Part shown: positions 11,812 to 25,503 of the stretch, in pieces
Layout of the letters: each line of letters opens with the position of its first letter
How positions within the stretch are numbered: position 1 is the stretch's first letter
Assembly: GCF_016432865.1 (NCBI RefSeq)
Contig: NC_067399.1
Location: forward strand, 569,222,001 to 569,286,000
Reading direction: 5' to 3'
Length of the DNA: 64,000 nt
Source: Antechinus flavipes
Taxonomy: Eukaryota
Program-made: the position numbers and the translations under genes
The notes under the pieces: model-generated
The model's database searches: none
Told to the model about the DNA's origin: nothing
What the model saw: the letters and a program-made list of their open reading frames with translations, nothing else

Positions 11812-12097
11812 TAAACTGCTTGCATTTTTGTTTTTCTTCCCGGGTTATTTTTACCTTCTGAATCCAATTCTCCCTGTGAAACAAGAGAACTGTTCGGTTC
11901 TGCACATATATATTGTATCAAGGATATACTGTAACCTATTTAACATGTAAAGACTGCTTGCCATCTGAGGGAAGGGGAAGGAGGGAGGGGGGAGGGAGAG
12001 AGGGAGGGGAAAAATCGGAACAGAAATGAGTGCAAGGGATAATGCTGTAAAAAATTATCCCGGCATGGGTTCTGTCAATAAAAAGTTATTTAAAAAA
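11812..12097 (+). mobile_element. Young L1 3'-end stub (286 bp)
   Basis: L1 3' UTR with A tail. TSD aaaagtgatcctt / aaaagtggtcctt (11799-11811, 12098-12110). Confidence 0.88.
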
Positions 12098-12925
12098 AAA
12101 AGTGGTCCTTGATGCAATCTTGTTTTGTTAAGAATAGATGGATAGAGGCAGCTAAATGGCACACCAGTTCTAGAGTCTGGAAGACCTGAATTCAAATCTA
12201 GCCTCAGACACGTAAAACTTCCTACCTGTATGAAATGGGCAAGTCACTTACCCCCCAATTGCCTCAAAAAAAAGAAAATAGGATAGAGCACTGGACCTGA
12301 ATTAAGGAAGATCTGAATTCTTGACCCTTACTAGCTGGGTAAATCATTTAATCAATCTCTTTTCCCTTCAGTTTCCTCAAGTGTAAAATGAGGATAACAG
12401 TACCCATTTCCTAGATAACATTTTTAAAATACCAAGTATATAGGCACCATATCAGAGCTCTAATGATTATTTTAATATGTCCTACTCAGCAGCCTATCCT
12501 TAATCCCAGCTATGTTATCAGGGATCTCTAGTTCACTTTCCCAGAGCAATACTTTTTTCTTCATCCCTCGATCCCCAATAAACATTAGAATCCTAAAGAA
12601 GGTTGTGCAGCTGAACTCCTGGGGTAAGAGGAAGCAGATAGATTGGGGGTGGGGGAAGGAAGAGAAGGACCTTGATCCTTTAGATAAGGTAATTACAGCA
12701 ATGGGTTAGTTTATTAAAGGGGTGAAGCAATAGGGTGGAGGAAACACTAGCAGCCAGTTCAAATCCTTAGTCAGGTCTTTGCAGTTTAGTGGGGATAAAG
12801 TAATCCAGTCCTTTGTATATATGACAAGCGCTTAACAAATGTTGAGTTGAATTTAACTGGGTGGGGAGGAGATAGGATCTTTGCAACAGCAAAATAATAT
12901 GGTGGTTAATGTATAGTGCAATGAT

Positions 12926-13201
12926 TTTTGTTTTTCTTTCCCGAGTTGTTTTTACCTTCTGAATCCAATTCTCCCTGTGCAACAAGAGAACTGCTCGGTT
13001 CTGCAAACATATATTGTATCTAGGATATATTGCAACATATCTAACATATATAGGACTGCTTGCCATCTAGGGGAAGGGGTGGAAGGAGGGAGGGGAAAAA
13101 TCGCAACAGAAGTGAGTGCAAGGGATAATGTAAAAAAAAATTATCCTGGCATGGATTCTGTCAATATAAAGTTATTATAAAATAAAATAAAATATTAAAA
13201 A
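12926..13201 (+). mobile_element. Young L1 3'-end stub (276 bp)
   Basis: Same 3' UTR family. 18-bp TSD aatgtatagtgcaatgat / aatgtataatgcaatgat (12908-12925, 13202-13219). Confidence 0.9.
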
Positions 13202-15539
13202 AATGTATAATGCAATGATCCTGTGTTTCCTTGTCCCAGGAAAATGAACACTAAAAGATTTGGTTTCCAGGGTGTCTTGTGGTCATAGCACCTAGCTGTT
13301 CCAAAGTCTAATTACATATCATCATCATCACCCCAAAGGAGCATTAGTCTGTAATATGTTTCTCACATTCTGCAATAGCTAGGTAGCTTTCTTCTCCAAA
13401 CCATATCAGCTTTGTGCAGTAGAAAAGAGAAAGCACATTATAAGGGATAGAGGAAGGATCTCTAGCAAATTCGACTTAGAAGACTGTTCATAAATCATTT
13501 AAATTTCCCAGTATCTTGAGACAATTCCCTAATGTTTGATGGTGGTACACATTTGTGCCAGTGGCAGCAATCCCACACCAAAGTTCTCTAGCCAGTGGAA
13601 GTATAGGTCTGGATAGCTACCCCTACCACTCCTACCCACTCTCCACAGCACCTCGCCCCCTCCCAAAAACTTGGAATACGGACAGAAACAACAACATCTA
13701 TCCTCAAGCAACTTACATTCTTTTGTATTTTTTACTTTAAGGGTGACTATTTCTTAAAGAACATATTTGGTATATGGGAATGGGGATAATAACTTCCTAT
13801 TTCAGAGTACCAGGACTGGAAGGGAAGAGCTATCTTATATTCAACCCCTTCACTTTATAGAAGAAATGGCACAGATTGATGCAATGTCTTGGCCAATGTC
13901 ACATATTGGCAAAGTTAGGACACAAACTTCATTCTCCTGACTCTAGCTATTTCCATGGAAGAAGGATGTTGTCTCTTTACAGTGGGTTTGGACAAGATCA
14001 AATTCATATTCCTGAGTGAAAAGAAGTGCTGGGGGGGAAGGAAGGGGGAAGCAGTGGGTGGAGGAGGGGTGTCGTTCCTAAGGTTAAGTCTCTCCATACA
14101 TACAAAAGTACACATACAGTTTGACCAAATGGGAGGTGGGAAGAAACAAGAAGGGAGCATAAGAAAGGAAGGGAGGGAGGGAGGGAGGGAGAGATGCCAT
14201 CCAGAATGGAAACCTCTGAATATATGTAATGACAAACTACTTCCAGTGGTGTCAGTTTCCAACTGGGACTGGCCAGAGTCCAAGTTTCCAAGATTGTCTT
14301 TGCTGCCTTCCTTCTTTCCACCTTCCCTTTATACTATTCCTCAAAACATACTCTCAGGCTGACCTTACTCCCGTTTTTGCTATTGAAATGAACGATGTCC
14401 TAACTCACAACACCCATTTAAACTTTATATAAACTTTCATGAATTAATCAATCATTGACTCGGATAAAAGAGTCTAGCAGTAGAAGGAATTTCTACTTTA
14501 GAGTTCACTATGCAATTAAAATGACAGATCCAGGTCTTACTTTCACTTAAGCTTTATCCCCTACCTTCCAGAGGCCCTCTTGCAAGTCACTTCCTCTCTC
14601 TTTATCCTACATAAAACCCCACTGCAGTCCCATACTTCTATATGACCTCCCACACTAAAAACACACACCCCCCCCCCACTCTTCCATTTTTATTCTTTAT
14701 CTCCTCATCTCCTTAGGAAAGAGGTGTGGTGTATAGTGGAAATAAATTTAGACTCCACCAGCCATTTCTTCCATCTTCTTCATATTACAAGTGAGAAAAC
14801 AGGCCCAGAAAGATTCTCAACCCCATAGGTAATCAATGACACAGATTTGAATCCAAATAAACAGGACTCCAAATTTAGGGCTCTGACCACAATAGCCTCG
14901 ATGCTGGTCTTGACTCTGTCCTTAATTGACTAAATAGATTAGATTTCAGACAAATGATTTAACTTTTCAAGGACTCAAATTTTCTCATCTGGCAAATGGC
15001 ATTTTGGATTCTATTTCCCTTGCTCAACTTCTACAAAATGCTTATAACCCAGACGTCCTTGGGATCCCACTCTAGAGTCAGTCCACAGTGATTTCTTCCT
15101 TAATAACCCTCCTCCAGCCTGCTTACCAGCATCCTCAGTGAGATGCTTCTCCTTTTAAAAGGACAAGGGCATCAAGTGAGGGGGGGAAGGAGCCAGGACC
15201 CCAAAGAGCCAAGTTCTTGGGAACATCTCCAAATACAGTAAATCCAAAACCAGAGCCTCTGCTCACCTTTCCGGAGCCAGCATTGATTCTTCATATCCAT
15301 GTTCCCTCTTCCAGCTGCAGCTGCTGCTATGGTCCCAGCACCTTGTCCTTCCCCCAACTCACTTTTAGATCTTCTGAGCCAGGCCAAGACCCAGCCCTCT
15401 CCTGCAAAGGAGTAGCTGACACCCACTAACCAGACTCCTCCTATCCCCCAGCCCATCTCAATAAGAAACTTCTCCATATTTTTAAGGGGAAGTAACCTGA
15501 CCTTATGAAGGTCCCTCTGGGTTAACCCCTTCCGTGCCT

Positions 15540-16100
15540 ACCAAGCCAAAACCGGAAGACCAACCACAAGAAAATATACCTATAATCTGACACTGTAGGA
15601 GAAATTCATGCCCCTGCCAGCGTAAGGATACTGGATGTCACTGTGACCTACCATAGGACGGTTTTCCAGTCCAGCCCAGCTACAAGTGGGCCTGGAGCGC
15701 AGACCCGGTCGAGAAATAGGGGATAGCAGCACCCTCAGTGGAAACAAGAGGAGTTCTTTGTTCCCTGGGTTCCTTCCTTCCTGGCTGTATAAGTTGTTCT
15801 GCAAAACCCACCATCTGGCTGTAGTTCCACAGCCCCTGGGTCCCAGGGACCTGGCTTAGGACCACATTCCTCTCTGCTCCCCAGCAACAGCTGCTTACAC
15901 ATCTGGAAAGCATTTGTTTCTGGGTAAGAGAGGCTAGGCTGATTCTTGTCCTGTCCTTCAGATGCCAGGAATAAACAGAAAAAGGCCATGGACTGAACTT
16001 CTACTAAGGAGCAGGGTTGCACTTGGTTGTGAAGGTTCATCCAACCCTCACCCCCACCCCAGGTCAGTCCCTGACTGGCAGAGGTTTCCTTCCCGTTATA
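15540..16100 (-). promoter_or_regulatory. ANPEP: Candidate distal (myeloid-type) TATA-less ANPEP promoter with a short non-coding exon ending at 15652
   Basis: Repeat-free, GC-richer island with several CpGs in a CpG-poor window. ETS ACCGGAAG ~15552, RUNX AACCACA ~15562, E-boxes CATCTG ~15812 and ~15899, c-Myb TAACGG (16098-16093) next to GGAA at 16085-16092. Minus-strand donor ATG|gtaggt (GT 15651-15650). Confidence 0.5.
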
Positions 16101-16929
16101 AAAAAATAAACCCAAAACTAGACTTATCAGAATTATCCGTAACAAACTCTATTCTGAATACCATGCCTGATCCCTGAATCCTTTTTTTTTCCTTTATTAC
16201 TTTTTCCCCAGATAACTAAAGCAGTTTCTCCCTCTACGCAGAAGACATTTTTTTTTTAGCCATTTCTGATGGAAATATGCCCGGGATGTTATAGCAGAAG
16301 CACTGGATTTGGAGTTAGAAGACCTGGATTTGAATCTTGGTCCTCCTGCTTACAAACTAAATCATCCAGAGATAAATCTGAGATTTAATTTCTTCATCTG
16401 TAAATGAGGTACTAGATAATCTCCAGCTCTAGGAGTATATCAAACTATTAAGGTGGGGGGGGGGGGAGGGAAACTACATATGAACATAGGGATGAATAGA
16501 ATTTAGAAAAAAAGGGTTATCTAGGTGGCACAGTGGATAGAGTACCAGCCCTGGAGTCAGGAAGACCAGATTTCAAAACTAGTTTCTGGATATTTAACTA
16601 GCTGTGACCCTCGACAAGACACAACAGTGAAAGCCTCTTACTTTAAAAAAGGAAAAAAAGACAGGAAGAGTGATAATAACTGAAATATAATTAAGATAGT
16701 ATTGGATAGTGGGAAAAGAGCTAGCCTCTACACTAAGACCTGGGTTACTGACTGTGGGTCTGAGCAAGTCATTAGTCCCTCAGTGATCTACATATTGAGT
16801 AGATTTTTTAAGATTATGAATTACTTCTTTAAGATTATAAGATTATGGGACAGCTAGATGGTGCAGTGGAGAGAGCACTAGCTCTGAAGTCAGGAGGACC
16901 GAGTTAAAATCTAGCCTCAGACACTTAAC

Positions 16930-17083
16930 NNNNNNNNNNNNNNNNNNNNNNNNNNNNNNNNNNNNNNNNNNNNNNNNNNNNNNNNNNNNNNNNNNNNNNN
17001 NNNNNNNNNNNNNNNNNNNNNNNNNNNNNNNNNNNNNNNNNNNNNNNNNNNNNNNNNNNNNNNNNNNNNNNNNNNNNNNNNNN
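16930..17083. other. Assembly gap (154 N) interrupting a SINE
   Basis: Run of N. The sequence at 16848-16929 is a SINE 5' half cut off by the gap. Confidence 0.99.
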
Positions 17084-17989
17084 TATAAATTACTGAAAAT
17101 ATAAAATAAAATTATAAATTAGAGAAGGTACTACTTGGTATTGGTAAAAGGCTGAAATTGTGGGTAAAGCTCTTCTATCTAGGCAGCAAAATGGACTGCA
17201 AGTGGTTACAGGACTACCTGAAATGGAAGTGAACTTCTTGTATTTGAACTATTAAGTCTGCCTACCTTCCCTCAACTATAAAAGAATACAACACACATAT
17301 TTCAGATAATATCTACAATGAGCCTAATGCAGTGTTTGGCATCTGGTAGTTTAAAAGCTTGTTCCCCTTTTCTCTCTAATAGGCACTATTCGTTTCTCTC
17401 TCAAGATCCTTACAACAACCCTTTGAGAAAGGTGCTACATTTTTACATACTACCCCCATTTTACAGATTAGGAAACAGACTGAAAAGAGTTCAGTATCAG
17501 TCAGTAAATGCCTGAAGCAGTATTTGAACTCAGATTTTTCCACTTTCTAATCAGAAAGCAAAGTACATCTCATATCTACAATATAAAGGTATATTTACTA
17601 ATTTGTCAAAATTACTAATTTTTTAAACTAATTTTTCAAAATTGTAAGCAGTTTTCAATATGATAAAACAGGAATTATTATTATTGTGCCTTCCTTAAAC
17701 ATAATTTGGAGCCCTTCAGTAACGACATAAAAGTAAATCTCAACACTCTTTGGACTTTTCCCATCATTTAGAATTATTTTACTTCCAAAATCTTATAAAA
17801 TCCCCATTTTTGCTTGCTATCTTCCCATTCGACCTCTCCCCTCCGTAAAATTTTTGTCTTCGTGATTTCTCCACTCCCTCAATCTTTCCTCATTTGTCTT
17901 CCTAAATAACTTGGAAAGAATCATCAGCCAATTTCAAATATTTTTGCTAACATCCTAAAATGTATTAGCCTTTTCCCTTTTGTTTCACC

Positions 17990-19689
17990 CATTTCATTAA
18001 TGCCCAAACTCCCATGTAAAGCTCAGTATTTACCTTCTCTGCTCCTGCAGGTGGGCAGCTAAGCACCAAGGGAAAATGCAGGGAAACTTGAAGTCAAATC
18101 AGACCCACAATGCACTTTGATCCTTTATCCCACTCCCCTTAAGCGCTGATAAGGATCTCTTTTCAAATTCCCAGCGGAAGCTCTCTCCTCCCCCATCAGC
18201 AGATCAAACTTTATTTAATTCTTTATGGAGAGTATAGAGGTCAATAAAGGCCATCCATCCCATTCCCCGCCTCACTCTGGTCTCAAAGGGAAAAATACCC
18301 ATCCTCCTCCTCTAGACTAACCCCCCACCAATCATGTACCATTCATTCAGCCACACCAAAATCTGATTCCATCTATTATCTCATCTTTCTCTTACCTTTT
18401 CAAATTCTTCCCTTTAGCTGTTTTATTCCCTTTAGCCCATAAATATCCTAAGGGCTTTCTCCCCTAAACCATCCCCTTCCATTAAAAAAAAAAAAAAAAA
18501 AGAATCTCCATTTTACAAAGGAAAAAAAATTAAAATAAATAAATAAATAAATAAATAAACCATCCCCTTCCTCCCTCCCCCAAAATAAAAAATACCTCAA
18601 AACAGCCCACCTTTTCTTTTTGTCCACACAGGAAATCCCTTAATCAACAATCAATCAACTTGCCTAAGACTAGTCCTATTTAAAATCTACCCTTTCACTA
18701 AAAGTTTTTTCCGTCCCTCTAGACTTATGTCTAGTACTTCCTATTAATCCAAGCTATAGTTTGCTCTCGGCATATTTATTTGCATGTTGCCCCCCTACTA
18801 GATTGTGAGTTCCAGTAGAACAGAACTTGTCTTTTGTCTGATTACTGACCTGCTTGGCTCATAGTAGAAGCTTATTAAAGGTTTATTAATTGAGAGGTTG
18901 ATCTTGAAACAATTTATGAAACAGCCTCTCTATTTACTGTTCCACCAGTAATTTTAAATAAAATAAAATAAAATTTAGACTTAGAATGCAAAATGGAATG
19001 AATTGTTTGGATATACAGTCAATGAGGAATATTTGTTAAAAGAGTTACTGGATTTTTTCCTAATGAATGTAAGAATATTTATCAAGTGTTTGCTATGGGT
19101 CAGGTTCTGTGTTAAGCTAAAGATACAAATTCAAAAAACAAATGATCCCCAAACATTAAAAAAAAAAAATTCTAATATTATTGCTCAGTTGTCTGACTCT
19201 TCACAACCCCATTTGAGGTTTTCTTAGCAAAGATGCTGGAATAGTTTGCCATTTCCCTCTCCAGTTCATTTTAAGTGACTTGCCCAGAATCACACAGTTA
19301 GTAAGTTTCTGAGTTGAACTCAGGAAAATGAGTCCTCCTTACTTCATTTTTGGAATTCTGTACACTGAACCACCTAACTATTCCTTATATTCTAATAGGG
19401 GAGGCTAAACACACACACACACAAAAAGGGAGTCTGTGGTCTTAAAAAAAAATAGAATGGGGTATAGTAGTAGGGGAAAGTTTGCAGAGGCAGTCTGCTA
19501 AGGACATAGAAGAGAAGGCTACCAGGTGGCCAGGTAAAGTAAAGGGAAACATGGCCTAGGTTTTTCCTAAAATAATGATCCAAAAAAAACAAGTCACCAG
19601 TCAGAGGAGCTGCTCTTCTCTACTCTGTCCTCCCCATGGGGACAAACCAGGGAGTAGAAGGTAGAGAACATCAATTGTTAAAAACTTAA

Positions 19690-19727
<38 letters not shown>

Positions 19728-20820
19728 GAAAAAATTTAAAAGGAAAAAACACTTATAGACCCTACTACATACTCTATCGAGCATTTCTTTCCTTTTCTTC
19801 ACTTCCATACTTTCTGAAAAAGTAGTCTACACTTGCCTTTACTTCCTTAACACCCGGTCAACTTCTTAAAAAATAGCTTCTGCATTCACCACTTTCCTAA
19901 TATTCAGCCAGAGATTCATCAATGGAACTCAAAAGATCTTTAGGAATTATCTTGTCCAAGTTTTACAGCTAAGGCCCAAAGAAATAAGTTGATTTATCCT
20001 AAATCACATAAGGAACAATCCAGTGCTTCTACTATACCACAACTCAATCAGCCAATAAACATTTATTAAATGCCTACTTCGAAGTGCCATGCAGAGTACT
20101 AAATGACTAGGGAAACAAAAAGAAGTAAAAGACTCTGCCCTTAGGGAACTCATAATCTAATAGGGGAGATCAAAGACTTCCTGTAAAAGGTGGGATTTTG
20201 GCTGGGACTTTAAAAAAATCCAATACACTGCATATATTGAATTTAACATATATTTCTAGCATGTTTAACATATATTGGACTATTTGTCATCTAGTGTAGA
20301 GCATGAGGGAAGGAGGGGAAAATTGGAACACAAGATTTTACAAGGGCTAATGTTGAAGAATTGTCCACACATATGTTTTGAAAAATAAAAAGCTTTAATT
20401 AATAAATAAATAATCCAATACATGTTGATTAAGGAAGAGACTATTCCAACTGCTATCTCAAATGTCACCCATAATCTCCTAAATGACAATTTCTTTAGCT
20501 TTTCACTGCCTTCATTTTTTTACCCTTTTTGTAACATTTGATTCTGCAGACTTCCTTCCTTTTTAGAATGTTCCCCTCTAAGCTTCATCCCACTTCTCTT
20601 CCTTATTTTTTTTTTTTTTTTTACTATTCCTCTTTATTTCTTCTCATTATTCTCTCCCAACCCTCTACTAAATGTTGGTATCCTCCAGAGTTCTGTTTTC
20701 AACCTCCTCTTCTTGCTTTGTATTTTTTCCACTTCCTCATCTTATTTGTTCTGTACCCTACAACTATTGACTCTAGCCAAACAACTTTCAAATTTATACG
20801 TCTGGCCTGATTCTTCTAAG
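17990..20820 (+). mobile_element. Fragmented ancient L2 LINE relics interleaved with younger inserts
   Basis: Pyrimidine-rich L2-like blocks (aatgtcacccataatctcctaaatgac...cttccttccttttt). They continue at ~22318-23060. Other L2-like relics at ~28930-29210, 52540-53600(-), 60060-60390 and 62700-63200(-). Confidence 0.5.
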
Positions 20821-20825
20821 AGGTA

Positions 20826-22317
20826 GCTTTTTTTTTTAAATTTTTTTTAAAGCTTTTTATTTTCAAAAGAAAAGCATGAATAATTTTTCAACATTGACCC
20901 TTGCATAGCTTTGTATTTAAGATTTTCCCCTTCTGGAAGCAACAAACTGGGAAAACATCTTCACAGTTAAAGGTTCTGATAAAGGCCTCATTTCCAAAAT
21001 ACATAGAGAACTGACTCTAATTTATAACAAATCAAGCCATTCTCCAATTGATAAATGGTCAAAGGATATGAACAGACAATTTTCAGATGATGAAATTGAA
21101 ACCATTACCACTCATATGAAAGAGTGCTCCAAATCATTATTGAGCAGAGAAATGCAAATTAAGACAACTCTGAGATACCACTACACACCTGTCAGACTGG
21201 CTAAGATGACAGGAAAAAATAATGATGAATGTTGGAGGGGATGCAGGAAAACTGGGACACTAATGCATTGTTGGTGGAGTTGTGAACGAATCCAACCATT
21301 CTGGAGAGCAATCTGGAATTATGCCCAAAAAGTTATCAAATTGTGCATACCCTTTGATCCAACAGTGTTTCTATTGGGCTTATATCCCAAAGAAATACTA
21401 AAGAAGGGAAAGGGACCTGTATGTGCCAAAATGTTTGTGGCAGCCCTGTATTAAAAATTATTAAAAATAATAAATTTTTAAAAATAAATTAATTAAAAAT
21501 TAAAAAAAAAAAGATTTTCCCCTTCTTGCCCTCACTCCTTCCCCTAGATGGCAAGCAATCCAATATATCTTATACATGTTAAAATATGTGTTAAATCCAA
21601 TATGTGTATTTGCTACACAAGAAAAATCAGATCAAAAAGAAAAGTAAATGAGTAAGAAAATAAAATGCAAGTGAACAACAACCACAATAAGAATGGGAAT
21701 GCTATGTTGTAGTCCACACTCAGTTCCCACAGTCCTCTCTCTGGGTGTAGATGACTCTCTTCATCACAAGATCATTGGAACTAGCGTCAATCATCTCATT
21801 GTTGGAAAGAGCCACATCCATCAGAATTGATCATCATATAAAATTGCTGTTGCCATGTATAATCATCTCCTGGTTCTACTTACTTCACTTAGCATCAGTT
21901 CATGTAAATCTCTCCAGGCCTCTCTGAAATCATCCTCCTGATCGTTTCTTATAGAACAATAATATTCCATAACATTCATATACCATAATTTATTCAGCCA
22001 TTCTCCAGCTGATGGGCATCCACTCAGTTTCTAGTTTCTTGCCATTCTGAAAAGGACTGCCACAAACATTTTTGCACATGTGGTTCCCTTTCTTTCCTTT
22101 AAGATCTCTTTGGGATATAGGCCCAATAGAAACACTGCTGGGTCAAAGGGTATGCACAGTTTGATAACTTTTTGAACATAGTTCCAAACTGTCCTCCAGA
22201 ATGGCTGGATCTGTTCACAGTTCCACCGACAATGTATTAGTATCCCAGTTTTCCCACATCCCCTCCAATATTCGTCATTATATTTTCCTGTCATCTTAGC
22301 CAGTCTGATGTAGTGAT
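20826..22317 (-). mobile_element. Older minus-strand L1 3' fragment split by a nested plus-strand L1
   Basis: Poly-T and 3' UTR at 20826-20934 resume at 21511 and run into ORF2 (ORF 22031-22411 residues LAKMTGKYNDEYWRGCGKTG). Confidence 0.88.
20935..21510 (+). mobile_element. Nested L1 ORF2 fragment joined directly to an A-rich tail
   Basis: ORF2 peptide MNRQFSDDEI...CAKMFVAAL. Perfect 16-bp TSD aagattttccccttct at 20919-20934 and 21511-21526. Confidence 0.92.
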
Positions 22318-23752
22318 ATAAGAGGTAGTTTCTTAAGAGGTAGCTCCAAGTATCTCTTGGACATCTCCATTTGCATTTCCTACTTGAAAATGAACTCATC
22401 ACTTCCTCCACCCTAAATTTGTTTCATCTCCTAATTTTCATATTTACATTAATAGTTTCATTCTGGGTCAGAACTATAGAATATCCTTAGATACCTCAGT
22501 TCTTATCTTTGGCCTGGAATATTGTTCACAGGCTTCTAAATGGTTTCTTAAAGGAAATGGCAAACTACTGCAGTGCCCTTGCCAAGAAAACGCCAAATAA
22601 GGTCACAAGAAGTCAAACGTTGAGTGAAATGACTTAACAATAGCAAAAATCTCTAATCTCAACTCTTTACAATTTATCCTACACATTCATGTCTAATAAA
22701 TCTTCTTCAAACATAAGTATGTTCTTGTCTCCCCTGCTGTTCATAAGCCATCTAGCCTACTGAATAAAGTTCACCTTCTTGACCCTCACATTGAACTTCA
22801 GTTTATATTTCCAGACTTAAATTTCAGTCTTCCTCCATTAACCATTCTAGGTTCTAACCAAGGTAGACTACTTGTACTCTCTTCAAAAACTGTCTCTGCA
22901 CTATCCCACTTCCTTGCCCTATCTCAACCAATGACATATCTCTTTTGCCTGGAAAATCAGTTGCCTTCCTCCATCTTGACTGTGGGTCCGCCTGTCCAAT
23001 TACTATCCATATTTTAAGCATCATTCAAATGCCATTCCCTTCATAAAGCCTTTCCAGACAACACAGATATCCTTTGCTGGAGAAAAGGATTTGATGATAA
23101 CCAAGAGGTGCAGGAACTCTGGTTATCGGGTAGAGAATTAAGCAGGAGAATTGGTATGAGGATGGGGAAACATCGTTTATCCAAAAATCACATCAAGCAT
23201 TCACCAATCTGTAAACAATCCAGAAGCTCAATCAGCAAATCTCTTCTTTCCCTGAGCACTTTATAATTGCCTGCCTCATGACACTTATCTCATACATCCT
23301 GTTATAGTTATTTACATATGTCTTATTGACCTTGTCAGACCCCAAGTTCCAAGGTAGGAACTAAGTCACATCTCATTTGTCTTTGGGTATCCCATGATGC
23401 TCAATAAATATTTGTTGAAGGAAGGAAGGAATAATTTAGGATTGTATATGATTTCATTGATATTAGAAACTCCTTAATGAAGAAAATAGCAATACAGAAC
23501 ATACTTTTCTGCAACTTATATAAAAAGATTCCTAGAATATGAGAGATTTAGGAACTACCTGATATTATAGAGAGTGTAAATTAAACTTGGGTCTTCCAAG
23601 CTCTGAGGCCAGCTTGTTAATCAATATATCATACTGTCTCTCAAAGTTTTTTGTAATTATAAACATCAATTGTTACTCTATGTAGTTATGCTAGAAATGG
23701 GTATCAGAATATATAAGGAGGTCTGATGGTGTCTAGTTTTTGTAACTTTTCT

Positions 23753-24582
23753 TTTTTTTTTTCATTATTATACCTTTTTATTTACAAGATATATGCATAG
23801 GTAATTTTTCAGCATTGACAGTTGCAAATCCTTTTGTTCCAACTTTTTTCCTTCTTCCCCCCCATCCCTTCCCCCAGATGGCAGGTTAACCAATACATGT
23901 TAAATATGTTAAAGTATAAGTTAAATACAATATATGTATACATGTCCAAACAGTTATTTTGTTGTATACAAAGAGACGGGCTTTGAAATAGTGTACAATT
24001 AGCCTGGGAAGGAAATCAAAAGTGCAGGTGGACAAAAATAGAGGGATTGGGAATTCTATGTAATGGTTCTTAGTCATCTCTCAGAGTTCATTCCCTGGGT
24101 GTAGCTGGTTCAGTTCATTATTGCTCTATTGGAACTGATTTGGTTCATCTCATTGCTAGAGATGGCCACGTCTATCAGAATTGATCATCATATAGTATTG
24201 TTGTTGAAGTATATAATAATCTTCTGGTCCTGCTCATTTCACTCAGCATCAGTTCGTGTAAGTCTCTCCAGGCCTTTCTGAAATCATCCTGCTGGTCATT
24301 TCTTACAGAACAATAATATTCCATAATATTCATATACCACAATTTATTCAGCCATTCTCCAATTGATGGGCATCCACTCAGTTTCCAGTTTCTGGCCACT
24401 ACAAAGAGGACTGCCACAAACATTTGTGCACATACAGGTCCCTTTCCCTTCTTTAGTATCTTTTTGGGATATAAGCCCAGGAGTAACACTGCTGGGTCAA
24501 AGGGTATGCACAGTTTGATAACTTTTTGATCAAAGTTCCAAATTTCTCTCCAGAATGGCTGGATGTATTCACAATTCCACCA
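23753..24582 (-). mobile_element. 5'-truncated L1 (ORF2 end plus 3' UTR)
   Basis: ORF 24175-24744 contains L1 ORF2 C-terminal residues (WWNCEYIQPFW...TSTTILYDDQF). Poly-T at the left. Imperfect ~15-bp TSD ttttgta(a/g)ctttt. Confidence 0.92.
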
Positions 24583-24610
24583 TTTTGTAGCTTTTCTATC
24601 TCTTTTCTCA

Positions 24611-24641
<31 letters not shown>

Positions 24642-25476
24642 GTCTGTTCCTTGTTTCTAAGATGCTCTGAGCTGTGAAACTAGAGGACCAATCTAGTTTG
24701 ACTTTATGGCTACATTGAGTTAATGGATCATAAACGAAGTCCAAGACCCAGATGAATAAAATAAATTATCTTTTAGCTTATTTCCTTGTTCTTATCTGTA
24801 CTCTGGATAGGTGTGTCTACCCTACATGACCTTTGGTTAAGTAGAATCATAGTCCATTCTCATCTTTGTTTTATAATCAGTTCTTCCATGTCTCCTAGAT
24901 ACCATCCAGTTTTTCTTTATCCTCCCTCAGCATATCTGAATTCATTTTATCTGTCTCAAAGTCCACAAGAGTGAGAAGAGTTTCCAGTCCTGGATTGGCC
25001 TTCTGTAATAGAAGTTCATATCTCAAACTCTTACCACACCTCTAGCAGATAACTCATTGAGGATTGAAGTGGGGACCAGTGGAGGTGAAAAAGAGGGAGA
25101 ATGATATGGCATTCAGTCCTCCCAACTATAGGAGAATTTGTTGGGGTGTAAGGTAATTGGGCAAAAATTTGAGATGAAAAGTTGAAATTCCTAGTCCTAT
25201 CCTTTCAGAAGCACACAATTCTACTGATTTCTACTGATTTGTAGGTAGTCTTTTTTGTGTATAGTTGTTTCTTGGTTAAATCCCTTAAGCTCTGGAATTG
25301 TTTAGAATATTCTTATCACTTATGCTCTCTCATGAATTTCATTAGAACAAAAGGGCCTTTTACCTTTTTCCATATGTACCTTAATCCATTCACAGTGACT
25401 TTTCTGAGTTTGTCCAAAAACATACAAAATCTCCTCTGAGATCATCCAACTTTCCTGCTCTGCCCAATTCTGCTTT

Positions 25477-25503
25477 GTTGTTGTTGTTGTTGTTGTTGTT
25501 GTT
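25477..25503. repeat. (GTT)n microsatellite
   Basis: Direct reading. Other simple repeats: (AAAAG)n ~19700-19730, (TA)n ~40349-40381, (GGAA/GGGA)n ~14160-14192. Confidence 0.95.

Noticed and set aside
11965-12015. G-quadruplex-prone purine tracts
   Set aside because: A standard feature of L1 3' UTRs, repeated in every stub.
13915-14362. Three overlapping 105-135 aa ORFs
   Set aside because: Arise from purine-rich, low-complexity sequence with few stop codons.
14585-14600. PU.1 consensus CACTTCCTCT
   Set aside because: Sits in the MIR-like caagtcactt context and is probably a SINE remnant.
15735-16145. 136-aa minus-strand ORF with a signal-peptide-like N-terminus
   Set aside because: Starts at TTG, has no recognisable domain, and overlaps the candidate promoter.
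24175-24744. 189-aa ORF (and ORFs at 21068, 22031 and 54507) as genes
   Set aside because: Chimeric read-throughs of truncated L1 ORF2 remnants.
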